Below, piece by piece: positions 12,345 to 24,149 of a stretch of DNA of 64,000 nucleotides; positions within the stretch are counted from its first letter, which is position 1; each line of letters begins with the position of its first letter. A model generated the notes under the pieces. The model saw only the letters and a program-made list of their open reading frames with translations, was not told the DNA's origin and searched no databases. The position numbers were made by a program, and so were the translations under genes. Source of the DNA: Heterodontus francisci (lineage: Eukaryota); the NCBI RefSeq assembly GCF_036365525.1, contig NW_027141363.1:62001-126000 (forward strand). Direction: 5' to 3'.

Positions 12345-13280
12345 CAAAGAACAAATAAAGAACAAAGAACAAAGAACAGTACAGCACAGGAACAGGCCAT
12401 TCGGCCCTCCAAGCCTGCGCCGAACTAGATGCCTGCCGAAACTAACATCTTCTGCACTTCCGGGGCCCATATCCCTCTATTCCCTTCCTATTCATATATT
12501 TGTCAAGATTTCTCTTAAACGTCGCTATCGTATCTGCTTCCACCACCTCCCCTGGCAGCAAGTTCCAGGCACTCACCACCCTCTGTGCAAAAAATTTGCC
12601 TCGCACATCCCCTCTAAACTTTGCCCCTCGCACCTTAAACCTATGTCCCCTAGTAACTGACTCTTCCACCCTGGGAAAAAGCTTCTGACTACCACTCTGT
12701 CCATGACACTCATAACTTTGTAAACCTCTATCATGTCGCCCCTCCACCTCCATCGTTCCAGTGAAAATAATCCGAGTTTTTCCAACCTGTCCTCTAGCTA
12801 ATGCCCTCCAGACCAGGCAGCATCCTGGTAAACCTTCTCTGTACCTTCTCCAAAGCCTCCACGTCGTTCTGGTAGTGTGGCGACCGGAATTTCATTCAGT
12901 ATTCTCAGTGTGGCCTAACTAAGGTTCTATACAGCTGCAACATGACTTGCCAATTTTTATGCTCTATGCCCCGACTGATGAAGGCAAGCATGCCGTCTGC
13001 CTTCTTGACTACCTTATCCACCTGCGTTGCCACTTTCAGTGACCTGTGGACCTGTACGCCCAGATCTCTCTGCCTGTCAATACTCCAAAGGGTTCTGCCA
13101 TTTACTGTATACCTCCCACCTGCATTAGACCTTCCAAAATACATTACCTCACATTTGTCCGGATTAAACTCCATCTGCTATTTCTCCACCCATGTCTGCA
13201 ACCGATCTATGTCCTGCTGTATCCTTTGACAATCCTCATTATTATCCGCAACTCCACCAACCTTTGTGTCGTCCGCAATT
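12345..13280 (-). mobile_element. CR1 3' fragment with (TGTTCTT)n tail
   Basis: ADDTKVGG, KCEVMYFG, FFAQRVVSAWN on - strand. Confidence 0.9.
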
Positions 13281-13349
13281 GCTGATATATATTTTTTAAT
13301 GATATGGATTGTTTTTCTCACAGGATTTTCGATTGTAATTTCCTTTATT

Positions 13350-13650
13350 TTGGCTGATGTATAGAATATAAGGGCAGGGAGGTTATGCTGGAACTGCATA
13401 AAACACTAGTTAGACCACAGCTAGAGAACTGTGTACAGTTCGGGTCAGCACATTACAGGAAGGATGTGATCACACTAGCGAGGGTACAGAGTAGATTTAC
13501 AAGGGATGTTGTCAGGAATGGAGAATTTTAGCTATGAGGAAAGATTGGACAGGCTGGTGTTGTTTTCTTTGAAACAGAGGAGGCTGAGGGGAGATTTAAT
13601 GGAGGTGTGTAAAATGATGATGGGCCCAGATTGAGTGGATCGGAAGGACC
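13350..13650 (+). mobile_element. CR1 fragment
   Basis: ttagaccacagctagagaactgtgtacagttc...gaggaaagattggacagg. Confidence 0.7.
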
Positions 13651-13699
13651 GATGGAGAATAACCCAAGCTCTCCAATACATCCATATACCTGAAGGAAC

Positions 13700-16600
13700 T
13701 GAAATAAAGACAGAGAGAACGAGGGACAGAGAGAGATAGAGGGGGAGAGATATAGAGAGTCTCAGCGACAGAGAGATAGGGCAAGGAGTGATAGGGGGGT
13801 AAAGAGAGAGAGAGAAGGAGAGAGAGAAGGAGAGAGAGGGACAGACAAAGAGAAGGAGAGAGGGAGTGACAGAGAGGGAATGATAGCTGGAGGGACAGAG
13901 AGAGACACAGAGAGAGAGAGGCAGAGACAGAGATAGCAGGAGAGAGACGGAAAGACAGAAAGGGAATGACAGATGGAGGGCCATACAGAGAGACAGAGAG
14001 AGTGGCAGAGACAAAGATAGAAGGAGAGCGAGCGAGTATCAGGAAGGGAAAGACAAATTGAGGGACAGAGAGAGAGACAGAGAGAGAAGGAGAGAGATGG
14101 AGTGACAGGGAGGGAAGGATAGATGGAGGGATAGAGAGACGGAGAGACAGAGAGGGAAAGACAGATGGAGGGACAGAGAGAGAGACAGAGAGAGTGGCAG
14201 AGACAGAAATAGAAGGAAAGAGAGGGATTGCCAGGAAGGAAAGGACAGATGGAGAGACAGAGTGAGAGACAGAGAGAGAAGGAGAGAGATGGAGTGACAG
14301 GGAGGGAAGGACAGATGGAGGGATAGAGAGAGAGACAGAGAGCGAGACAGAGACAGAGTTAGAAGGAGACAGAGGGAGTGACGGGGTGGTGGAGGGAGAC
14401 AGATGAAGAGACAGAGAGAGAGAGAAGGAGAGAGATGGAGAGACAGGGAGGCAAAGACAGATGGAGAGACAGAGAATGAGAGGCAGAGATGGAAGGAGAG
14501 AGATGGCGTGACAGGCAGGGAAAGACAGATGGAGAGACAGAGAGGAAGACAGAGAGAGAAGGAGAGAGAGGGAGTGTCAGGGAGAGAAAGACAGATGGAG
14601 GGACAGAATGTGAGGGAGAGAGATAGAAGGAGAGGGTGGGAGTGACACAGAGGGTAATACAGATGGAGGGACAGAGAGAGAGACAGATATAGAGATAAAA
14701 GGAGTGAGAGTGAGTGACAGGGGGTGGGGAAGACAGATGGAGAGACAGAGAGAGAGAGACGGAGAGAAGGAGAGAGATGGAGTGACTGGCAGGGAAAGAT
14801 AGATGGAGCGACAGATAGAAAGACAGAGAGAGAAGGAGAGAGAGGGAGTGTCAGGGAGGGAAGGACATATGGAGGGATAGAGTGAGAGACAGAGAGACAA
14901 GGAGAGAGAGGGAGTGTCAAAGAGGGAAGGGCAGATGGAGAGACAGAGAGATAGAGACAGTGATGGAAGGAGAGAGAGGGAGGGACAGAGAGGGAAAGAC
15001 AGATGGAGGGTAAGAGAGAGAGTGAGAGAAATAGAAGGAGAGAGATGGAGTGACAATGAGGGAAGGACAGATGGAGGGACAGAGGGAGAGAGACAGAGAT
15101 AGAAGGAGAGAGATGGAGTGACGGAGGGGGGGGGGAGAAGACAGATGGAGGGACAGAGAGAGAGAGAGACAGAGACAGAAGGAGAGATATGGAGAGACAG
15201 AGAGGGAAAGAGAGATGGAGAGACAGAGAGTGAGAGGCCGTGATGGAAGGTGAGAGATGGAGTGACAGGCAGGGAAAGACAGATGGAGAGACAGAGAGAA
15301 AGACAGAGAGAGAAGGACAGAGAGGGTGTGACAGGGAGGGAAGGACAGATGGAGGGATAGAGAGAGAGAGACAGAGACAGAGTTAGAAGGAGAAAGAGGG
15401 AGTGACGAGGTGGGGGGGGGGAGACAGATGGTGAGACAGTGAGAGAGAGAGAAGGAGAGAGATGGAGAGACAGAGAGGGAAATACAGATGGAGAGACAGA
15501 GAGAAAGACAGAGAGAGAAGTACAGAGAGGGAGTGTCAGGGAGAGAAAGACAGATGGAGGGCCAGTGTGTGAGGGAGAGAGATAGAAGGAGAGGGTGGGA
15601 GTGACAGAGAGGGTAATACAGATGGAGGGACAGAGAGAGAGACAGAGATAGAGATAAAAGGAGAGAGAGTGAGTGACAGGGGGTGGGAAAGACAGATGGA
15701 GAGACAGAGAGAGAGAGACGGAGAGAAGGAGAGAGATGGAGTGAGGGGGAGGGAAGGACAGATGGAGGGACAGAGAGTGAGAGGCAGAGATGGAAGGAGA
15801 GAGAGGGAGTGTCAGGGAGAGAAAGACAGATGTAGGGACAGAGTGAGAGAGACGGAGAGAAGGAGAGAGATGGAGTGAGAGGGAGGGAAGGACAGATGGA
15901 GGGGCAGAGAGAGAGATACAGAGATAGAAGGAGAGAGAGGGTGGGACTGAGAGGGAAGACAGATGGAGGGACAGAGAGAGAGAGAGATAGATAGATAGAA
16001 GGAGAGAGATGGAGTGACAGGGAAGGAAGGACAGATGGAGGGACAGAGAGAGAGAGAGAGAGACAGCGATAGAAGGAGAGAGATGGAGTGACAGTGTGGG
16101 AAGGACGATGGAGGGATAGAGTGAGAGACAGAGAGGCAAGGAAAGAGAGGGAGTTTCAGGGAGGGAATGGCAGATGGAGGGATAGAGAGAGAGACAGAGA
16201 TAGAAGGAGAGAGAGGGAGGGACAGAGAGGGAAAGACAGATGGAGGGAAAGAGAGAGAGATAGAAGGAGAGAGATGGAGTGACAATGAGGGAAGGACAGA
16301 TGGAGGGACAGAGTGAGAGAGACAGAGATAGAAGGAAAGATATGCAGAGATAGAGAGGGAAAGAGAGTTGGAGAGACAGAGAGTGAGAGGCCGTGATGGA
16401 AGGTGAGAGAGGGAGTGACAGGCAGGGAAAGACAGATGGAGAGCCAGAGAGAGAGACAGAGCGAGAAGGAGAGAGAGGGTGTGACAGGGAGGGAAGGATA
16501 GATGGAGGGATTGAGAGAGAGAGACAGAGATAGAAGCAGAGAGTGGGTGTGACAGGGAGGGAAAGAGAAGTGGAGGGACAGAGAGATAGACAGGGATAGA

Positions 16601-19600
16601 GATAGAAGGAGAGAGAGGGTGTGACGCGGAGGGGAAGACAGATGGAGGGATAGAGTGAGAGGCAGAGAGAGAAGGAGAGAGATGGAGTGACAGGGAGGGA
16701 AGGACAGATGGAGGGATAGAGAGAGAGACAGAGAGCGAGGCAGAGACAGAGTTAGAAAGAGAAAGAGGGAGTGACGGGGTGGGGGGGAGACAGATGAAGA
16801 GACAGAGAGAGAGAGAAGGAGAGAGATGGAGAGACAGAGAGGGAAAGACAGATGGAGAGACAGAGAGTGAGAGGCAGAGATGGAAGGAGAGAGAGGGAGT
16901 GTCAGGGAGAGAAAGACAGATGGAGGGACAGAGTGTGAGGGAGAGAGATAGAAGAAGAGGGTGGGAGTGACAGAGAGGGTAATATAGATGGAGGGACAGA
17001 GAGAGAGACAGAGATAGAGATAAAAGGAGTGAGAGTGAGTGACGGGGGTGGGGAAGACAGATGGAGAGACAGAGAGAGAGAGGCGGAGAGAAGGAGAGAG
17101 ATGGAGTGACTGGGAGGGAAGGACAGATGGAGCGACAGATAGAAAGACAGAGAGAGAAGGAGAGAGAGGGAGTGTCAAAGAGGGAAGGGCAGATGGAGAG
17201 ACAGAGAGATAGAGACAGTGATAGAAGGAGAGAGAGGGAGGGACAGAGAGGGAAAGACAGATGGAGGGTAAGAGAGGGAGTGAGAGAGATAGAAGGAGAG
17301 AGATGTAGTGACAATGAGGGAAGGACAGATGGAGGGACAGAGGGAGAGAGACAGAGATAGAAGCAGAGAGATGGCGTGACGGAGGGGGGGGAGAAGACAG
17401 ATGGAGGGACAGAGAGAGAGAGACAGAGATAGAAGGAGAGATATGGAGAGACAGAGAGTGAGAGGCAGTGATGGAAGGTGAGAGATGGAGTTACAGGCAG
17501 GGAAAGACAGATGGAGAGACAGAGAGAAAGACAGAGAGAGAAGGACAGAGAGGGTGTGACAGGGAGGGAAGGGCAGATGGAGGGATTGAGAGAGAGAGAC
17601 AGAGATAGAAGCAGACAGTGGGAGTGACAGGGCGGGAAAGAGAAGTGGAGGGACAGAGAGAGAGACAGAGATAGAGATAGAAGGAGAGAGAGGGTGTGAC
17701 GGGGAGGGGAAGACAGATGGAGAGACAGAGAGAGAGAGACAGAGAGAGAAGGAGAGAGGGGGAGTGACAGGGAGGGAAGGACAGATGGTGGGATAGAGAG
17801 ACGGAGAGACAGAGAGGGAAAGACAGATGGAGGGACAGAGAGAGAGAGACAGAGAGAGTGGCAGAGACAGAGATAGAAGGAAAGAGAGGGATTGCCAGGA
17901 AGGAAAGGACAGATGGAGGGACAGAGTGAGAGACAGAGAGAGAAGGAGAGAGATGGAGTGACTGGGAGGGAAGGACAGATGGAGGGACAGAGAGTGAGAG
18001 GCAGAGATGAAATGAGAGAGAGGGAGTGACAGGCAGGGAAAGATAGATGGAGCGACAGATAGAAAGACAGAGAGAGAAGGAGAGAGAGGGAGTCACAGAG
18101 AGGGAAAGACTGTTGGAGGGACAGAGAGTGAGAGGCAGAGATGGAAGGAGAGAGAGGGAGTGTCAGGGAGAGAAAGACAGATGTAGGGACAGAGTGAGAG
18201 AGACGGAGAGAAGGAGAGAGATGGAGTGACAGGGAGGGAAGGACAGATGGAGGGGCAGAGAGAGAGAGATACAGAGATAGAAGGAGAGAGAGGGAGGGAC
18301 TGAAAGGGAAAGACAGATGGAGGGACAGAGAGAGAGAGAGAGATAGATAGAAGGAGAGAGATGGAGTGACAGGGAGGGAAGGACAGATGGAGGGACAGAG
18401 AGAGAGAGAGACAGCGATAGAAGGAGAGAGATGGAGTAACAGGGAGGGAAGGACAGATGGAGGGATGGAGTGAGAGACAGAGATAGATGAGAGAGAGGGT
18501 GTGTCTGGGTGGGAAAGACAGATGGAGGGACAGAGTGAGAGACAGAGAGAGAAGGAGAGAGGTGGTGTGTCAGGAAGGGAAAGGCAGATGGAGCGACAGA
18601 GTGGGAGACAGAGCGAGAAGGAGAGAGATGGAGTGACAGGGAGGGAAGGACTGATGGAGGGATAGAGAGAGAGAGAGAGAGATAGAAGGAGAGAGAGGTA
18701 GTGTCAGGGAGGGAAAGGCAGGTGGAGAGACAGAGAGAGAGAAAGACACATGGAAGGAGAGAGAGGGAGTCACAGAGAGGGGAAGACTGTTGGAGGGATA
18801 GAGAGAGACAGAGATAGAAGGAGAGAGAGGGAGTGTCAGGGAGGGAAAGACAGATGGAGGGACAGAGAGAGAGGCAGAGAGAGAAGGAGAGAGATGGAGT
18901 GACAGGGAGGGAAGGACAGATGGAGGGACAGAGAGAGAGGCAGAGAGAGAAGGAGAGAGATCGGGTGATGGTGGGGGCGGGAGCGGCGAGACTGATGGAG
19001 TGACAGAGAGAGAAGGAGAGAGTGGGAGAGACAGAGTGAAAGACAGATGGAGAGAAAGAGAGAGAGAGGCAGAGATGCAAGCAGTGAGGGAGTCACAGGT
19101 AGGGAAAGACAGATGGACAGACAGAGAGAGACAAAGATAGAAGGAGAGAGAGGGAGTGTCAGGGAGGGAAAGACAGATGCAGGGACAGAGAGAGAGAGAC
19201 AGAGAAAAAAGGGAGAGAGAGGGAGTGTCAGGGAGGGAAAGACAGATGGCGGGACAGAGAGAGAGGGAGAGATAGAAGGAGAGAGAGGGAGAGACAGAGA
19301 GGGAAAGACAGATGGAGGGATAGAGAGAGACAGAGATAGAAGGAGAGAGAGGGAGTGTCAGGGAGGGAAAGACAGATGGAGGGACAGAGAGAGAGACAGA
19401 GAGAGAAGAAGAGAGAGGGAGTGTCAGGGAGGGAAAGACAGATGCAGGGACAGAGAGAGAGAGACAGAGAAAAAAGGGAGAGAGAGGGAGTGTCAGGGAG
19501 GGAAAGACAGATGGCGGGACAGAGAGAGAGGGAGAGATAGAAGGAGAGAGAGGGAGAGACAGAGAGGGAAAGACAGATGGAGGGATAGAGAGAGACAGAG

Positions 19601-22600
19601 ATAGAAGGAGAGAGAGAGGGAGTGTCAGGGAGGGAAAGACAGATGGAGGGACAGAGAGAGAGACAGAGAGAGAAGGAGAGAGATGGAGTGACAGGGAGGG
19701 AAGGACAGATGGAGGGATAGAGAGAGAGACAGAGAGCGAGGCAGAGACAGAGTTAGAAGGAGAAAGAGGGAGTGACGATGTGGGGGGGGGGGGAGACAGA
19801 TGAAGAGACAGAGAGAGAGAGAAGGAGAGAGATGGAGAGACAGAGATGGAAAGACAGATGGAGAGACCGAGAGTGAGAGGCAGAGATGGAATGAGAGAGG
19901 GGGTGAGACAGAGAGGGAAATACAGATGGAGGGACAGAGAGAGAGCGATAGATAGAAGGAGAGAGGGGGTGAGACAGAGAGGGAAATACAGATGGAGGGA
20001 CAGAGAGAGAGCGATAGATAGAAGGAGAGAGTGGGAGAGACAGAGAGGGAAAGACAGATGGAGGGACAGAGAGAGACAGAGATAGAAGGAGAGAGACGGA
20101 GTGACAGGGAGGGAAGGACAGATGGAGGGACAGAGAGAGAGAGACAGAGAGAGAAGGAGTGAGGGAGATTGACAGGAATGGAAGGGCAGATGGAGGGATA
20201 GAAAGAGAGAGAGACAGAGATAGAAGGAGAGAGAGGGAGTGACAGAGAGGTAAAGATAGATGGAGGGACTGAGGGATACAGAGAGAGAGGAAGAGACAGA
20301 GATAGAAGGAGAGAGAGGGACATAGAGGGAGGGATCAAGAAAGAAGGAAATATGGTTGAAACCATTGCTGTATTGGGAGCGAGGGAGGAAGGGAGAGATG
20401 AAAAGAAAGAGAGACGGGGAAACAGAAAGGGAGAAATGGTGTCATAGAGACACAGACAGAGTTATGGACAGAGGCAGTGAAAGAGAGGGAGAGACAGAGA
20501 GAGAGAAAGAGGGAGAGACAGAGATAGAAGGAGAGAGAGGGAGTGACGGGGAGGGAAAGACAGATGGAGGGGCAGAGAGAGAAGGAGAGAGATGGAGTGA
20601 CAGGGAGCGAAAGACAGATGGAGGGACAGAGAGAAACAGAGAGGAAGAGGTAGAAATAGAAAGGGAGACAGAGATATGGAGAGGAAGATAAAGAGACAGT
20701 GAGAGAGTGAGATAGAGAGAGAGAAAGGCAGAGATGGTGTGAGAGAGACACAAATAGAGTCATGGACAGAAGCACAGAGAGAGAGAGAGTAACAGAGAGA
20801 GAGAGAGAGAGAGTCAGAGAGAGAGAGAGACAGACAGAAAGAGAGAGATAGAGACACAGAAAGAAACAGACAGAAAGGGAGCGTCAGTGAGAGAGATGAG
20901 ATAGAATGAGAGAGAGGGAGTGACAGGCAGGGAAAGACAAATGGAGCGACATAAAGAAAGACAGAGAGGGAAGGAGAGAGAGGGAGTATCAGGGAGAGAA
21001 AGACAGATGGAGGGAAAGAGAGAGAGAGAGACAGAGATATAGATAGAAGGAGAGAGAGTGAGTGACGGGGATGGGAAGACAGATGGTGAGACAGAGAGAG
21101 AGACAGAGAGAGAAGGAGAGAGAGGGAGAGATGGAGAGGGAAAGATAGATGGAGGGACAGAGAGAGAGAGACACAGAGATAGAAGGAGAGAGATGGAGTG
21201 ACAGGGAGAGAAGGACAGATGGAGGGATAGAGTGCGAGATAGAGAGACAAGGAGAGAGATGGAGTGACAGGGAGGGAAAGGCAGATGGAGGGATAGAGTG
21301 AGAGACAGAGATAGAAGGAGAGAAATGGAGTGTCAGGGAGGGAAGGACAGATGGCGGGACAGAGAGAGAGGGAGAGATAGAAGGAGAGAGGGGGTGAGAC
21401 AGAGAGGGAAAGACAGATGGAGGGACAGAGAGAGAGCGATAGATAGAAGGAGAGAGTGGGAGAGACAGAGAGGGAAAGACAGATGGAGGGACAGAGAGAG
21501 GCAGAGATAGAAAGAGAGAGAGGGAGTGTCAGGGAGGGAAAGACAGATGGAGGGACAGAGAGAGACAGAGATAGAAGGAGAGAGAGGGAGTGTCAGGGAG
21601 GGAAAGACAGATGGAGGGACAGAGAGAGAGACAGAGATAGAAGGAGAGAGACGGAGTGACAGGGAGGGAAGGACAGATGGAGGGACAGAGAGAGAGAGTC
21701 AGAGAGAGAAGGAGTGAGGGGGATTGACAGGAATGGAAGGGCAGATGGAGGGATAGAAAGAGAGTGAGGCAGAGATAGAAGGAGAGATGGGAGTGACAGA
21801 GAGGTAAAGACAGATGGAGGGACTGAGGGATACAGAGAGAGAGGCAGAGGCAGAGATAGAAGGAGAGAGAGGGACAGAGAGGGAGGGGTAAAGAAAGAAG
21901 GAAATATGGTTGAAACCATTGCTCTATTGGGAGCGAGGGAGGAAGGGAGAGATGAAAAGAAAGAGAGACGGGGAAACAGAAAGGGAGAAATGGTGTCATA
22001 GAGACACAGACAGAGTTATGGACAGAGGCAGTGAAAGAGAGGGAGAGAGGGAGAGACAGAGAGAGAGGGAGAGACAGAAACAGAAGGAAAGGGAGTGACA
22101 GGGAGGGAAAGACAGATGGAGGGACAGAGAGAGAAGGAGAGAGATGGAGTGACAGGGAGGGAAAGACAGATGGAGGGACAGAGAGAGAGAGACTGAGAGG
22201 AAGCGGTAGAAATAGAGAGGGAGACAGAGATACTGAGAGGAAGATACAGAGACAGTGAGAGAGAGAGATACAGAGAGAGAATGGCAGAGATGGTGCGAGA
22301 GAGACACAAATAGAGTCATGGACAGAAGCAAAGAGCGAAAGAGTAACAGAGAATGAAAGAGAGAGAGAGAGAGAGAGTCAGAGAGAGAGAGAAAGACAGA
22401 AAGAGAGAGATAGAGACACAGAAAGAAACAGAGAGAAAGGGAACGTCAGTGAGAGAGAGAGACAGAGACAGTGATAGCGAAAGACAACGAGAGAGAGAGA
22501 TGGGGAGAAAGAGTTGCAGGGGAAGAGAGAGAGATAGAGGGGGAAGAGAGATATAGAGGGGGCAGAGAGAGATAGAGGGGGAAGAGAGTGATGGGGAGAG

Positions 22601-23410
22601 AGAGAGGGGGGAGAGAGAGAGGGGGAGAGAGAGAGGGGAGAGAGAGAGGGGGAGGGGATGAAAGAGAGGGGAGAGGGAGAGAGAGGGGGTGAGAGGGAGT
22701 GAGAGGGGGTGAGAGAGGGGTGAGAAGGGGTGAGAGGGGGAGAGGGCGAGAGAGGGGGAGAGGGCGAGAGAGGGGGAGAGGGCGGGAGAGGGGGCGAGGG
22801 AGAGAAAGGGGAGAGAGAGAGAAAGGGGGAGAGAGAGAGAAAGGGGAGAGAGAGGGGGGAGTGGGAGAGAGAGGGGGAGGGAGAGAGGGGGAGGGAGAAA
22901 GAGGGGAGAGGGAGAGAGAGTGGGGAGAAAGAGCTAGAGGGGGAGAGGGAGATAGTGGGGTAGATAGAGGGGGGAGAGGGAGAGAAAGGGGGAGAGGGAG
23001 AAATGGGGAGAGAGAGAGAAAGGGGAGAGAGAGGGGGGAGTTGGAGAGAGAGGGGGAGGGAGAGAGAGGGGGAGGGAGAAAGAGGGGGAGAGGGAGAGAG
23101 AGTGGGGAGAAAGAGTTAGAGGGGGAGAGGGAGATAGAGGGGTAGATAGAGGGGGAGAGGCAGAGAGAGCGGGAGAGGGAGATAGAGGGGGAGAGTGAGA
23201 TGGATGGGCCGAGGGAGATCGAGGGGGAAGAGGGAGATCGAGGGGGGAGAGGGAAATCGAGGGGGGAGAGGGAGATTGAGGGGAGAGAGGGAGATCAAGG
23301 GGGAGAGGGAGATCAAGAGGGAGAGGGAGATAGAGGGGAGAGGGAGATAGAGGGGGGCGAGGGAGATAGAGGGGGAGAGGGAGATAGAGGGGGAGAGAGA
23401 GATGGGGAAG
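13700..23410 (+). repeat. ~9.7 kb polypurine GA-rich complex satellite (~60-70 bp unit, higher-order blocks)
   Basis: Recurrent gacagatggagggacagagagagagacagagatagaaggagagagatggagtgacagggagggaa; block 20100-20880 repeated at 21640-22450. Confidence 0.95.
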
Positions 23411-23414
23411 GGGG

Positions 23415-23645
23415 TGGTGAACCTGTGGAATTCTCTGCCGCAGAAGGCAGTGGAGGCCAAGTCATTAAAGATATTCAAGGAGGGAAGAGATATATTTCTT
23501 AGTGTCAAAGGGATCAAGGGCTATGGGGAGAAAGTAGGAACAGGGTACTGAATTAGCCCATTGGTCATGATCTTTATTGAATGGAAGAGCAGACCCGAGG
23601 GGCCGAATGGCCTGCTCCTGCTCCTATTTTCTATGTTTCTATGAG
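23415..23645 (+). mobile_element. CR1 3' end
   Basis: gtggtgaacctgtggaattctctgcc...ggccgaatggcctgctcctgctcct...tatgtttctatg. Confidence 0.75.
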
Positions 23646-24149
23646 AAGGGCAGACTGAGAGAGGGAGAGATCGAGAGAGAAGGAGAAACGGAGAGAGAAG
23701 GAGAGATAGAGATGCAGAGAGGTGACCCTGAGATTCTCTCTCTCACACACACAAACATGTAGACACACACAGAGACTGACAGACACACACACACACACAC
23801 ACACAAATTTTACAATCCACACTGATGACAGTAACAATGGCCAACAGAACCTCTGTAACAATCCCCTGTGTCTGCCCAGTCCTGTGAGAGACACAGAGAG
23901 AGATAGGGAGTGACGGTAAGTGACAGTGGAAGAAGGAGGACAAAACAGCTTGTAGGAGAAACCTTACATTTATTTGTGTTCAACAGATTTTATTAAAAGT
24001 TGAAGGGACTGGACACTGAAAAAGGTTTCAGCACACAAAAAAACCCTGAGGGTCCCATTTGCACTTGTTCCATCCAGCCCTGTCTGTGAGGTTTGCTGAT
24101 GTTTTGGGCAATGCTTCGTGAACTTAGAGAAAAAAGATGCACGATGCCC

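Noticed and set aside
13532-23517. Many long ORFs (up to 520 aa) rich in S/L or R/E/G
   Set aside because: Translation artefacts of the GA/CT satellite
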